Assembly (NCBI GenBank): GCA_035331565.1
Contig: DAOLKO010000010.1
Span: 15,682-79,681, forward strand
Length of the DNA stretch: 64,000 bases
From: Blastocatellia bacterium
GTDB lineage: Bacteria > Acidobacteriota > Blastocatellia > RBC074
Reading direction: 5' to 3'
A program made the position numbers and the translations under genes. Of this stretch, positions 31,726 to 40,175 are shown in pieces; position 1 is the first letter of the stretch, and every line of letters starts with the position of its first letter. The notes beneath the pieces were generated by a model. The model was not told the DNA's origin and made no database searches. It worked only from the letters and a program-made list of their open reading frames with translations.

Positions 31726-32358
31726 TTAGTCGAGAATGCCTGCGAGTTTGAGCGTCAGCCCGTCGAACAACAGTTCGCCGGTGATGGTCTTGGGATGATT
31801 GAGTACTTTGGCGCGCGCGCCGGGACGATAAACGTGAGCTTTCTTTTCCAGCGGATCAATCAGCCAGCCGAGTTGCGCGCCGTTTTCCAGATATTCTTCC
31901 ATCTTCTCTTTGAGCATATCGAGATCATCGCTTTCAGAGCGTAACTCGACGACAAAGTCGGGGCAGATGGGCGCAAATTTCTTGCGCAATTTTTTGGGAA
32001 TGGCTTCCCAACGCTCACGCGCGATCCAGGAAAGGTCGGGCGAGCGTTTCGCGCCATTGGGCAGCGTGAACCCCGTGGCGGAATCAAAGCCGACGCCCGT
32101 TCCGTCCGTTTTGGCCCAAATGCCAAACTCGACGGCGAGATTGAAGTTCCGATTCCCGCCTTCACTGCCCGTCGGCATCATGATTATCATTTGCCCCTCC
32201 TTGGTCATCTCGATCCGCAGTTCATTGTTGTTGGCGCAGAACTCGAAGAATTCATCGTCGGTCACTTTTTTGCGAAGCGGCCCAAGGCGAATAACCATTG
32301 TGTCCAAATCAGGCGGAGCGGAGCGCGGAGTAATTTGCGGCGATAGGCGTGTACTCAT
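31726..32358 (-). CDS. Uma2-family (DUF820) PD-(D/E)xK endonuclease-like protein.
   Basis: 210-aa product. The pattern IEMTKEGQMIIMMPTGSEGGNRNFNLAVEFGIW...PDFVVELRSESDD is typical of Uma2. The real start is ATG 32358; the longer listed ORF overlaps the upstream gene. Confidence 0.6.
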   Translation of the reverse strand: MSTRLSPQITPRSAPPDLDTMVIRLGPLRKKVTDDEFFEFCANNNELRIEMTKEGQMIIMMPTGSEGGNRNFNLAVEFGIWAKTDGTGVGFDSATGFTLPNGAKRSPDLSWIARERWEAIPKKLRKKFAPICPDFVVELRSESDDLDMLKEKMEEYLENGAQLGWLIDPLEKKAHVYRPGARAKVLNHPKTITGELLFDGLTLKLAGILD

Positions 32359-32369
32359 AATTGATCCTC

Positions 32370-33296
32370 TCAGATCGCTATCATCGGCAGGCGTGGTTGA
32401 AAAATCAATCTTGCGATTCGGCCTTGCGCGGCTTGTGCCGGCAATGCGCGCAGCATTGGTTCGCTGTGGTGATAAAAATATGAATTGCCTTTCAGATAAA
32501 ACTTCTGGTCGCGATTGCCGAAGGGAGAATTGGTGTACTGGTATTCCAGCAAATGCGTCTGGCATTCGTGACGGCAAGGCGCGCCGGGCTGGAACTTGTC
32601 TGCTTTGTGGTAGTGCAAGCCCGCCGCCATGCAAACGCGGCTGGTGCTGATAAATCCGAACGGCAGGTAAATAGCGATGGCCAGGCCACCCACGTTCAGA
32701 TCGTTGCCTTGCGGCAGATTGTCCATTTCGATCATTTCGACGCCGAACCGCCTGAGCATCATCGCGTAACTGGCGTTGTCCAGGTTGGAGCCTTGCAGCA
32801 CGTTCAAGGCGGAAGCAGGCGCGGGCGCAGCGGCATACATCGTCGTCACGCGCGGGTCGCGCAAGGATTTGTTCAGCAAACGGCCTTGCACGGGGCGCAG
32901 CGTCGGATAGTCCCGGCGCAATAAATTCAGCACGCCCCAATCGTTGAAGACGACTTCATTGCCGGCCTGCTCAGCCAGCGCATCAAACAGGGGGCGCAAA
33001 GCGGTGATGCCTTCATTGCCGACATAAGGCGTCAATAACGTAAAAGCCAGATTGCGCGATTGTGCAGCGGCGAGCGCCTGCCGGAGCGAAGCGGCTGACG
33101 GCAACAGGTGTTCGCAAAATTCGTTTCCGAAAACGCAACCGTCGAAGAAGACTTCGCCGTGATGTTCCTGAATAACTTTTGCGGCGAGTGCGACCAATGG
33201 TTGGATGATGGCACTGGCTTCAAACGTAGCCAATCGGGCGAGGCTGAGTTCGCCTTGCAAATCGTCAGCGCCTTTGATGTGCAATCGCCATTGCAT
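32370..33296 (-). CDS. Second U32-family protein, UbiV-like (one N-terminal and three C-terminal Cys).
   Basis: VFFDGCVFGNEFC ... NDWGVLNLL ... SRVCMAAGLHYHKADKFQPGAPCRHEC parallels the UbiV 4-Cys cluster arrangement. Confidence 0.5.
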   Translation of the reverse strand: MQWRLHIKGADDLQGELSLARLATFEASAIIQPLVALAAKVIQEHHGEVFFDGCVFGNEFCEHLLPSAASLRQALAAAQSRNLAFTLLTPYVGNEGITALRPLFDALAEQAGNEVVFNDWGVLNLLRRDYPTLRPVQGRLLNKSLRDPRVTTMYAAAPAPASALNVLQGSNLDNASYAMMLRRFGVEMIEMDNLPQGNDLNVGGLAIAIYLPFGFISTSRVCMAAGLHYHKADKFQPGAPCRHECQTHLLEYQYTNSPFGNRDQKFYLKGNSYFYHHSEPMLRALPAQAAQGRIARLIFQPRLPMIAI

Positions 33297-33301
33297 ACTT
33301 G

Positions 33302-34423
33302 TTACTGCCGAGGTTTGACGACCAGCAGGTTCGTCGTCATATCGCCGTCAAAGGTGATGACGCGCTGTTGTTTGAAGGTTTGCGCGTCGTAACATTCGAT
33401 GGTCGGGCCTGCGCCGTGGATGTAAAGCTGTTTCCCGTCGCCGGAGAGCGTGAACGAAAACCGCGAGCGACTTTCAAATTCGTGTTTGTTGACCAGTTTG
33501 CGCGCCGCCAGATCGAACACCCAAAACTCCGTGCGCCGCGTCGCGCCGTTGCCGTTGAAGGCCACGGTGTAGCCGGTCTTGCGATCCGGCGAAAGTTGCA
33601 GGCCGGTCATGCCTGTGGTGGCCGGGCCAATCGGCGTGAAATCCAGCTTGCGCGTATTCAGGTCTAACCGCGCGAGGCCGAAAATGCGCCGCCGCACCAC
33701 CGGGTCAGTCGCGTTGAAGACCGAAGTCACTATGCTGGGGTCTTCGTTGGGATCGCCGCCCGCGCCGATCCGCACAGGGAAAATGCCCGGATGCTGCGGT
33801 TTGGACAGTTCAATCTTGTCTATTTGCTTGAACTCTTTGAGGTCGAAAATCAGCACGTCTTCCTTGAACACGTAAAGCAGCTTGCCGTCGGGTGAAACGC
33901 GGTAGCCGGCCTGAAAGCCGAAGGGCGAATCGTATTCTTTGGGAAAGTCGAAAGTCTTGGTGATTTTCTTTTGCGCCAGATCAATCACGGCGAATTTTGG
34001 TTTTTCGATTTCAAAGCGATCAATCTTTTTCACCGCGGCAGTGATCGTGGCGTATAGGAATTGATCGGTCGGGTCGGGCGCAAACCCATTCATACGGACG
34101 ATGCGTTCGCCTTCGTTGAGCGTGAACGAATTGACGACTTTGCGCGTGGCCAAATCAATCACTTCGATGCCGTTGTTCCAGGTGCTGACGTAGATTTTCT
34201 TTTTGTCGTAAGACAGCGTCAGCCCTTGCGGCGTGCCGGTGTTGAGTTGAATCCGGTCAACGACTTTGCCTTGCGCTTCGTCAATCACCAGCACCGTGCG
34301 CTGCCAAACGCCGGTGTAAAGCATCGCGCCCGCCGCCGCTTTTGTTTGCGCGAATGCAGCGGCAGCCAACAGCAGAATGAAAGCAACAGCCAATGTGAAT
34401 CGCATATCGTTTCCCTCGTTCAT
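33302..34423 (-). CDS. qhpB: QHNDH beta subunit (7-bladed beta-propeller), candidate QhpB.
   Basis: Signal peptide, ~350-aa repeat-rich beta-strand protein. Its position in the operon matches qhpB. Confidence 0.6.
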   Translation of the reverse strand: MNEGNDMRFTLAVAFILLLAAAAFAQTKAAAGAMLYTGVWQRTVLVIDEAQGKVVDRIQLNTGTPQGLTLSYDKKKIYVSTWNNGIEVIDLATRKVVNSFTLNEGERIVRMNGFAPDPTDQFLYATITAAVKKIDRFEIEKPKFAVIDLAQKKITKTFDFPKEYDSPFGFQAGYRVSPDGKLLYVFKEDVLIFDLKEFKQIDKIELSKPQHPGIFPVRIGAGGDPNEDPSIVTSVFNATDPVVRRRIFGLARLDLNTRKLDFTPIGPATTGMTGLQLSPDRKTGYTVAFNGNGATRRTEFWVFDLAARKLVNKHEFESRSRFSFTLSGDGKQLYIHGAGPTIECYDAQTFKQQRVITFDGDMTTNLLVVKPRQ

Positions 34424-34441
34424 TTTGGTTGCCTGACAAGC

Positions 34442-34984
34442 TCAGAAGTCAAAACGATAAGCCACCCAATAATCAGAATGGCTTCGACAAAAATCTCTGA
34501 AATACTCAACGCGCGCTATCATCTCTTTTCTCATCACACGCAAATCATCCGGGTGTTCGTGTATTGATTTGAGCATACAATCCACGTGTTCGGATGTGAG
34601 CAAGAGAAAGTCACATTCCTCTTCCCGGAAATACTTGCCGCAAGAAATAGATCCCGGTGGGTCAACTCCTGAAAACACGTGAGCGTGACATCCCCAGTAA
34701 TCAAGATGGACGGTTTCTTCGCCTAAGCAGAAATCCAACGCTAGCTGTTTTTTGAAATCGTTCAGTTTCGTCTCAGCAAGCAATTCCTCAACCGCTTTCG
34801 TTACGGAAGTCCCATTTTGGCTCATCACAAAGACTAATGAACTATGGAGAGTTGCACTAGCTTGATCCTTAGCTTCCAAGACATCAATGTTGTCTTCTAA
34901 AAAGCGCGTGAGCGTTGGCCGATTCATCTTAAGAATTCGGTCAGAAAGCCGCTTGTCGTAAAGTTGTATCCAGTCAGTTCCCAT
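34442..34984 (-). CDS. Low-GC Cys/His-rich 180-aa protein of unknown function, inserted between qhpC and qhpB.
   Basis: The DNA is conspicuously AT-rich relative to its flanks. Motifs include HLDYWGCHAHVF, CGKYFREEECDF and HVDCMLKSIHEHPDD. Confidence 0.5.
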   Translation of the reverse strand: MGTDWIQLYDKRLSDRILKMNRPTLTRFLEDNIDVLEAKDQASATLHSSLVFVMSQNGTSVTKAVEELLAETKLNDFKKQLALDFCLGEETVHLDYWGCHAHVFSGVDPPGSISCGKYFREEECDFLLLTSEHVDCMLKSIHEHPDDLRVMRKEMIARVEYFRDFCRSHSDYWVAYRFDF

Positions 34985-35000
34985 TTCAATTCAATGGGTT

Positions 35001-35345
35001 TCACGGAAAGACTAGATCAATGTTGCGCCAGTCTTTAGTTGCGCTGGCGCACTTGCTCGTCCAGTCGGGATAGTTGTTCAGATGATCCGGCACTTGCGCG
35101 GGCCAGAAACAACTGATGTAGCAGTCATAAAGATCGCGTTCGACAGGCTGGCACAAACCCGCCGTCCCGCCTGTGGAATCCACTTCCCAGCCGGGCGAAA
35201 AGACCAGCGAACAACCCATTGGATAATGCGGGCGAGTTGGCGCGGGCGGGCCGCCTTGTTGCAGCGCAACGATGTCGCCGAATTCAGCGGCCACGTATTC
35301 TTCAATCCGCACTGCTTTGCGGTTGATTGCCCTGATGTGTTTCAT
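35001..35345 (-). CDS. qhpC: QHNDH gamma-subunit precursor (CTQ- and thioether-bearing small subunit), candidate QhpC.
   Basis: 115-aa product. The leader MKHIRAINRKAVRIEEYVAAEF is followed by a Cys/Asp/Glu/Trp-rich core GCSLVFSPGWEVDSTGGTAGLCQPVERDLYDCYISCFWPAQ. Its ATG overlaps the qhpD stop (ATGA). An AAGGAAA RBS is present. Confidence 0.65.
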   Translation of the reverse strand: MKHIRAINRKAVRIEEYVAAEFGDIVALQQGGPPAPTRPHYPMGCSLVFSPGWEVDSTGGTAGLCQPVERDLYDCYISCFWPAQVPDHLNNYPDWTSKCASATKDWRNIDLVFP

Positions 35346-36772
35346 AGCGTTTTCCTTTCGTCGAAGTGAGCCAAAAATTGCGGATTGCGCGTTGCCAGTT
35401 CGCCATAGACGCGCAAACAAACGTCCGTCCAACCGCGAATCCAATCGCAGTAATGCAAATTTGCCTGCCCCGTGTCGCCGTAGCGCACGAAGGCTTCGTG
35501 GTAACAGCCGCCCGAACAAACAGGCCGCGCCCAACAGGTCAGACATTCGGGTTTGCGGTTGATGTGGCCGCGTTCCAGAAAATCCGCTTGTTGCGCACGG
35601 TCAATGCCGGTTTGGATTGTGCCGAGTTTGTGCGCGTCGGCGTCCACGAACCGATGGCAGGGCGCGATGTCGCCCGAAGGGCTGACGCCCAGCAAGCCCA
35701 AGCCCGCGCCGCACGGATGCGCTTTGCTGATGCCCGCGTGCAATTCGGCCAGCGTGTCGCTGACGTTTGAAAAGCCGTGATGTTCATTGCGCAGCGCGCA
35801 TTCCAGATATTCTTCCGCCAGCGCGGTGAACTGTTCCAGAATGCTGTTTAAGCCGTTTGTGCCGATGGCGTAAAGCCGCACAGGCGAAGTCGTGACCGGC
35901 GCGAAACCGACTTCGTGAAAGCCCAGTTCGTCTTTCAAGTGGCGATAGATTTTCTTCACGTCCACGACTTGCGAAGTCAGCGTGACGCGCGCGGCGATGG
36001 GGCGCGTTCGGTGTTTGGCCAGCAAGGCTTTGATCTTCGGCGCGATCATTTCGTAACTGCCTTGCCCGTTGGAAAACACGCGCAACTGGTCGTTCATTTC
36101 CTGCGGCCCGTCAATGCTGATCGTCACGCCGACGTGTTGTTCGGCCAGATATTCGATCACCGGTTCGGTCAGCAAAGTCGCGTTCGTCGTCAGGCTGAAA
36201 TCAATGTATTTGCCCGCCGCGTGAGCCTGTTGCCGGGCGTAATCAATCGTGGCGCGAACGACTTTGAAGTTCATCAAAGTTTCGCCGCCGAAAAAGGTCA
36301 GATGCACTGCACGACGTCCGGGCGATTGCGCCAACAGGAAGTCCACGGCGGCGAAAGCCGTCGCTTCGTCCATGAACTTCGTCTTGCCTTCGGGCATGGC
36401 CAAGCGATCTTCGCCGAATTCGTAGCAGTACTTGCACGAAAGATTGCATTGATTGGTAACGTTGAGTACCAGCGTTTGCAGCGGGAAAGGCATCGGCGCG
36501 GGCTGCACTTCGTCGGCGTAACCGTGGCCGTTGGTGAGGGCGCGCGACTGATACAACTCGGCGACGGTTTCTTCGGCTTCGACGTAATTGAAGCCTTGCG
36601 TGGTTAGATCGGCGACCAAATCCAGGCGTTCGCGTTCGCCCGCGCGCAAGGTTTGGATGACGGCGGACGAAAGTTCATCGAGCGCGAAAATCGCGCCGCT
36701 CGGCACCAGGTAAAGATAGTCTTGCCCGCCGCCGCTGAACTCGTGAAATTCGCCGAGCCGCAATGTCGTCAT
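35342..36772 (-). CDS. qhpD: Radical SAM/SPASM peptide maturase, candidate QhpD (thioether-forming).
   Basis: CNLSCKYC CxxxCxxC motif, C-terminal SPASM cysteines CHRF...CLTCWARPVCSGGCYHE. The start is taken at ATG 36772 (MTTLRLGEF), just after the qhpA stop. Confidence 0.75.
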   Translation of the reverse strand: MTTLRLGEFHEFSGGGQDYLYLVPSGAIFALDELSSAVIQTLRAGERERLDLVADLTTQGFNYVEAEETVAELYQSRALTNGHGYADEVQPAPMPFPLQTLVLNVTNQCNLSCKYCYEFGEDRLAMPEGKTKFMDEATAFAAVDFLLAQSPGRRAVHLTFFGGETLMNFKVVRATIDYARQQAHAAGKYIDFSLTTNATLLTEPVIEYLAEQHVGVTISIDGPQEMNDQLRVFSNGQGSYEMIAPKIKALLAKHRTRPIAARVTLTSQVVDVKKIYRHLKDELGFHEVGFAPVTTSPVRLYAIGTNGLNSILEQFTALAEEYLECALRNEHHGFSNVSDTLAELHAGISKAHPCGAGLGLLGVSPSGDIAPCHRFVDADAHKLGTIQTGIDRAQQADFLERGHINRKPECLTCWARPVCSGGCYHEAFVRYGDTGQANLHYCDWIRGWTDVCLRVYGELATRNPQFLAHFDERKTL

Positions 36773-38550
36773 CGCGCTACCTCCGGTTGATCCCATTTCA
36801 TATAAAGCGGAACTGTGACGACTAAGTAAGACCGCGCCGTTAATGGCTTGGCGTCTTTATCCTGCTGCCTGGTGTCCTGCTGTTTAATGGTCGCCACGAT
36901 CCACAGGTCGCCGTAGTTGTTGCGCGAATGTTTCCGCTGCGGATTGGGGCCTTCAATCGCCGGCGTGAACAATCCCGTCGCGCTCAGCTTGCCGGAATAG
37001 TCTTTGTCGTCGTCGTCGTAAATCGCGGGAAATTCTTCGACCGTCCATTCAGCGTCCATCGCGCCGAGCGGCAAATCGTCAGCCGTTTGCGGTTTGTTGT
37101 CGGGGCCGCGGAAATAGCCTATGGCCTCGAACTGCCAATAGCCTTTGGGGTATTTCACGCCGCCCAACCGCGCCAGGGCGTTATCAGGATTCACTTTGAT
37201 GTAATCCACTTTGTCGTAAATCGTCACCGCGCCGGGCACGAAGGCGCGCCGAACAGCCAAGTCGCGTTTGCCGAGCGGCGCTTTTTCTTCAATGTCCACG
37301 GCGACGGTGAGCGCATCGCGCCCAACGTTGACGATGCGCGTGACTTTGACGCCGGGGCCGAAATCAATGTCTTCGGGTTTCAAGTCCGACGGGAAGTTCG
37401 CGCCGAAGATTTTCACCTGTTCATTGGCGGCGGGCGCTTTGAGCGCGAAACGATCCAAGCCCAGTGCAATCGTTCCGGTGTCAACGCGCCGCAGCGTGAG
37501 ATCAATGCCGAACTCTTCGTAATCGCCCCAGAACCAGCGACCGTCCATTTGCGACTGGTCGCGCGAAACCAGCATGACTTCGCGCATTTCGCGCGGATCG
37601 TCGCCGGGATCGCCGTTGCCGTTTTCGCGCGCGCCGCCTTGCGAACGCCCGCGCCAACTGTAGCCGGTGTAAACCAAACTGCGCCCTGTGCGCGTGAAGG
37701 TCTTGCCGCTTTTGACGAAAGTCAGTTGCGTGCGCGTCGTGAATTCGTCTTCTGCCGCGCCGGGTTCAATCGTCATTTCGCCGTAAACGCGACCTTTGCC
37801 GACTTGATAGCCGCTGACCAGCCAACGCCCGGCAAGTTTGGGCGTGCGCGAATTCGCCCGCCACGCAGCCCATTCCGGCGTGTGCAGCGGAAAGGTTTTG
37901 GCCAAAAACTCCACGGCGCGATCCGCTGGATGGCGCGTGTCTGTTCCCGGCGGCGGAGGTGGCGCATCAGGCGGCGGCGGGAAGCGGCGGAAGCCTTGAA
38001 ATTCGACGACGGGGAAATAGCCAACGTGCATGTTGACCAGCAAATCCCACTCTTCTTTCGAGCGGCGCTGCGACTGCACGCGTCCGTAGGTGTGGCAGAT
38101 CGTGCAGGTGTTACGCAGGTTTTCATCGGGAACGGTTTCGTCAAGCACGCGATGCTCGACTTCATAAAACGCAGGCCGCGCTTCTTCCGGTGCCAAGCCG
38201 TGGTTCGCACTCAGGTAACGGACAATCTGACGCGCTTCCTCCGGCGACAACGTCAGACCGTTCAAGCGAACCATGCGTTTGATGATTTGTTGCCAGCCTT
38301 CGGGTGTAGTGCGCTCCCACGAAATGCGCGTCAGATTGCCTTTGTCATCGGCCTTGTGACAGGTCGAACATTTGGCAATGACAAGTTGGTTGGTGACGGG
38401 AATGCCCTCCTCACCGGGCGGTTTGGCGGGCGGCGCGGCTTGTGGCGTTTGTGCCGGCTGCGTTTGTGATTGTTGAGTTTGGGAATAAACCGTGAAACCT
38501 ACGGGCAGCAGCAACGTGCCCATCAAGACGAACAGCTTGAGCAAGCGCAT
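36769..38550 (-). CDS. qhpA: QHNDH alpha subunit (dihaem cytochrome c N-domain plus beta-sandwich domains), candidate QhpA.
   Basis: Signal peptide and two CxxCH motifs (CSTCH, CTICH) in the first ~170 aa, followed by a ~400-aa beta-rich region. Confidence 0.7.
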   Translation of the reverse strand: MRLLKLFVLMGTLLLPVGFTVYSQTQQSQTQPAQTPQAAPPAKPPGEEGIPVTNQLVIAKCSTCHKADDKGNLTRISWERTTPEGWQQIIKRMVRLNGLTLSPEEARQIVRYLSANHGLAPEEARPAFYEVEHRVLDETVPDENLRNTCTICHTYGRVQSQRRSKEEWDLLVNMHVGYFPVVEFQGFRRFPPPPDAPPPPPGTDTRHPADRAVEFLAKTFPLHTPEWAAWRANSRTPKLAGRWLVSGYQVGKGRVYGEMTIEPGAAEDEFTTRTQLTFVKSGKTFTRTGRSLVYTGYSWRGRSQGGARENGNGDPGDDPREMREVMLVSRDQSQMDGRWFWGDYEEFGIDLTLRRVDTGTIALGLDRFALKAPAANEQVKIFGANFPSDLKPEDIDFGPGVKVTRIVNVGRDALTVAVDIEEKAPLGKRDLAVRRAFVPGAVTIYDKVDYIKVNPDNALARLGGVKYPKGYWQFEAIGYFRGPDNKPQTADDLPLGAMDAEWTVEEFPAIYDDDDKDYSGKLSATGLFTPAIEGPNPQRKHSRNNYGDLWIVATIKQQDTRQQDKDAKPLTARSYLVVTVPLYMKWDQPEVAR

Positions 38551-38726
38551 GGGGACAGCCTCCTCTTCTACTGCCGGCAGTCGGCATCGAACGAACGTGG
38601 TATATCAATAGTTCTGAGAGTGATAGTCGCCGCACGATGATATGCATTCACCCTCAAAAGGCAATTGCGCCAAGCAGCTTTTACAAGAAAGCAGCGATAG
38701 CTCTATGTTGTTGTGAGTGGTAAAAG

Positions 38727-38770
38727 AATGGGCTTGGCTGGACTCGAACCAGCGGCCTACTGCTTAGGAG
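38727..38770. repeat. attL-like 44-nt direct repeat, identical to the 3' half of tRNA-Arg at 51024-51067.
   Basis: aatgggcttggctggactcgaaccagcggcctactgcttaggag is present at both sites. The sequences diverge immediately afterwards. Confidence 0.8.
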
Positions 38771-38937
38771 TCTAATGCCGCCCATTTTCCTGACCTGTCT
38801 GAACATTTCTTACCTCTTCAAAAGCCTGTAAATACTGCATTTTTCTTGCCTGCATTATTCACTATCTCTCCCGACTTGTCATCTGATTGTGTTACGATGT
38901 GTGTCACAAGACAGATTAAACTTTCGGGAGAAGCATC

Positions 38938-40068
38938 ATGCCAAGACAACGGACTGGTTACGTTTGGTACTGGAAAGAACGCAAATCCTGGTATGCCCGC
39001 CTGACCTTCACGGATGCCAGCGGCAAACGGCGCAATGTCTGCCGCTCCGTCGAAAACAAAACCGAAGGCAACAAACTGCTCAAACAATTGATCCGGGATT
39101 TGGAAGATAACGGCGAGAAAGCGTTGGATTCCGAAAAGCTGACCTTTCGCCAACTCGCCAAGCTTTACTCCGACCGCAAACTTATCGCCGCTGAATATCA
39201 AGGTGACACGAAAGTGCGCGGATTGCGCTCGCATAAAAACCAGCAAGGGTATCTGAAAACACTGGTTGACCATTTCGGCGGGCTGCGCGTGCGCGCCATC
39301 ACGCACAGCGACCTGGAAGATTACCGAGCCAAACGATTGCAAACCATAACCCGACGAGGCGCGCAACTCAGCGCGGCCAGCGTCAACCGGGAATTAAGCC
39401 TGATGCGCGCGGTTTTGAATTTTGCCCGGCGACAAGGCTGGCTCAGCCGAAATCCTTTTGATGCGGGCGATCCGGTTATCAAACCCGCCGACGAAGTGAA
39501 GCGCGAGCGCGTGTTGACGTTTGAAGAAGAAGGGCGGTTGTTACTGGCTTGCGCTGCACCGCGCGAACATTTGCGCCCGATGCTGATTTTCGCGCTTGAT
39601 ACCGGCTTGCGGAAATCCGAAATGCTGGCTTTGCGCTGGGCCGACGTTGACCTTGAATCCGGGATGATTCGCGCGCGTAGCTCGACCACCAAGACGCGCA
39701 AAGCCCGAACTATAGGTATGACTTCGCGCCTGAAAGCCGAGCTTGAGCGAATGCGAGAGTCGGCGGGCGATGATCCTGAATCGCGCATCTTCAACCAGAA
39801 AGACATGAAGCGCTCCTTTGCGACGGCTTGCGAACTGGCCGGTGTTGAAAACCTGCACTGGCACGACCTGCGCCACACCGCGACAACGCGAATGGTTGAA
39901 GTCGGCCTTGCGCCGATGATTGTCATGAAGCTGACCGGCCATACTCAGATGGCAACCTTTGCCCGCTACGTCAACGCCAACGATGAAGCGGCGACCAAAG
40001 GCGCGGAAGCTCTCGACGCTTACCGGCAAAACGCTCTCGGCGAAAGCACGCCGGAGAGAATCAACTGA
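38938..40068 (+). CDS. int: Tyrosine-type site-specific integrase.
   Basis: C-terminal HDLRHTATTRMVEVG...ATFARYVN carries the R-H-R-Y catalytic signature. It is adjacent to the att repeat. Confidence 0.85.
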   Translation: MPRQRTGYVWYWKERKSWYARLTFTDASGKRRNVCRSVENKTEGNKLLKQLIRDLEDNGEKALDSEKLTFRQLAKLYSDRKLIAAEYQGDTKVRGLRSHKNQQGYLKTLVDHFGGLRVRAITHSDLEDYRAKRLQTITRRGAQLSAASVNRELSLMRAVLNFARRQGWLSRNPFDAGDPVIKPADEVKRERVLTFEEEGRLLLACAAPREHLRPMLIFALDTGLRKSEMLALRWADVDLESGMIRARSSTTKTRKARTIGMTSRLKAELERMRESAGDDPESRIFNQKDMKRSFATACELAGVENLHWHDLRHTATTRMVEVGLAPMIVMKLTGHTQMATFARYVNANDEAATKGAEALDAYRQNALGESTPERIN

Positions 40069-40175
40069 AACGGCTTCGGCTCGCCTTACGCCTGATTAGC
40101 TACCCGGCGGACAGCGGTGAAACCTTCGCTCCGTTGGAGAGCCGAAAACACGAAGGACACCTGGAAGGGGAGACA

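Noticed and set aside
36928-38469. 513-aa ORF on the + strand.
   Set aside because: Antisense to qhpA. It has no RBS or motifs.
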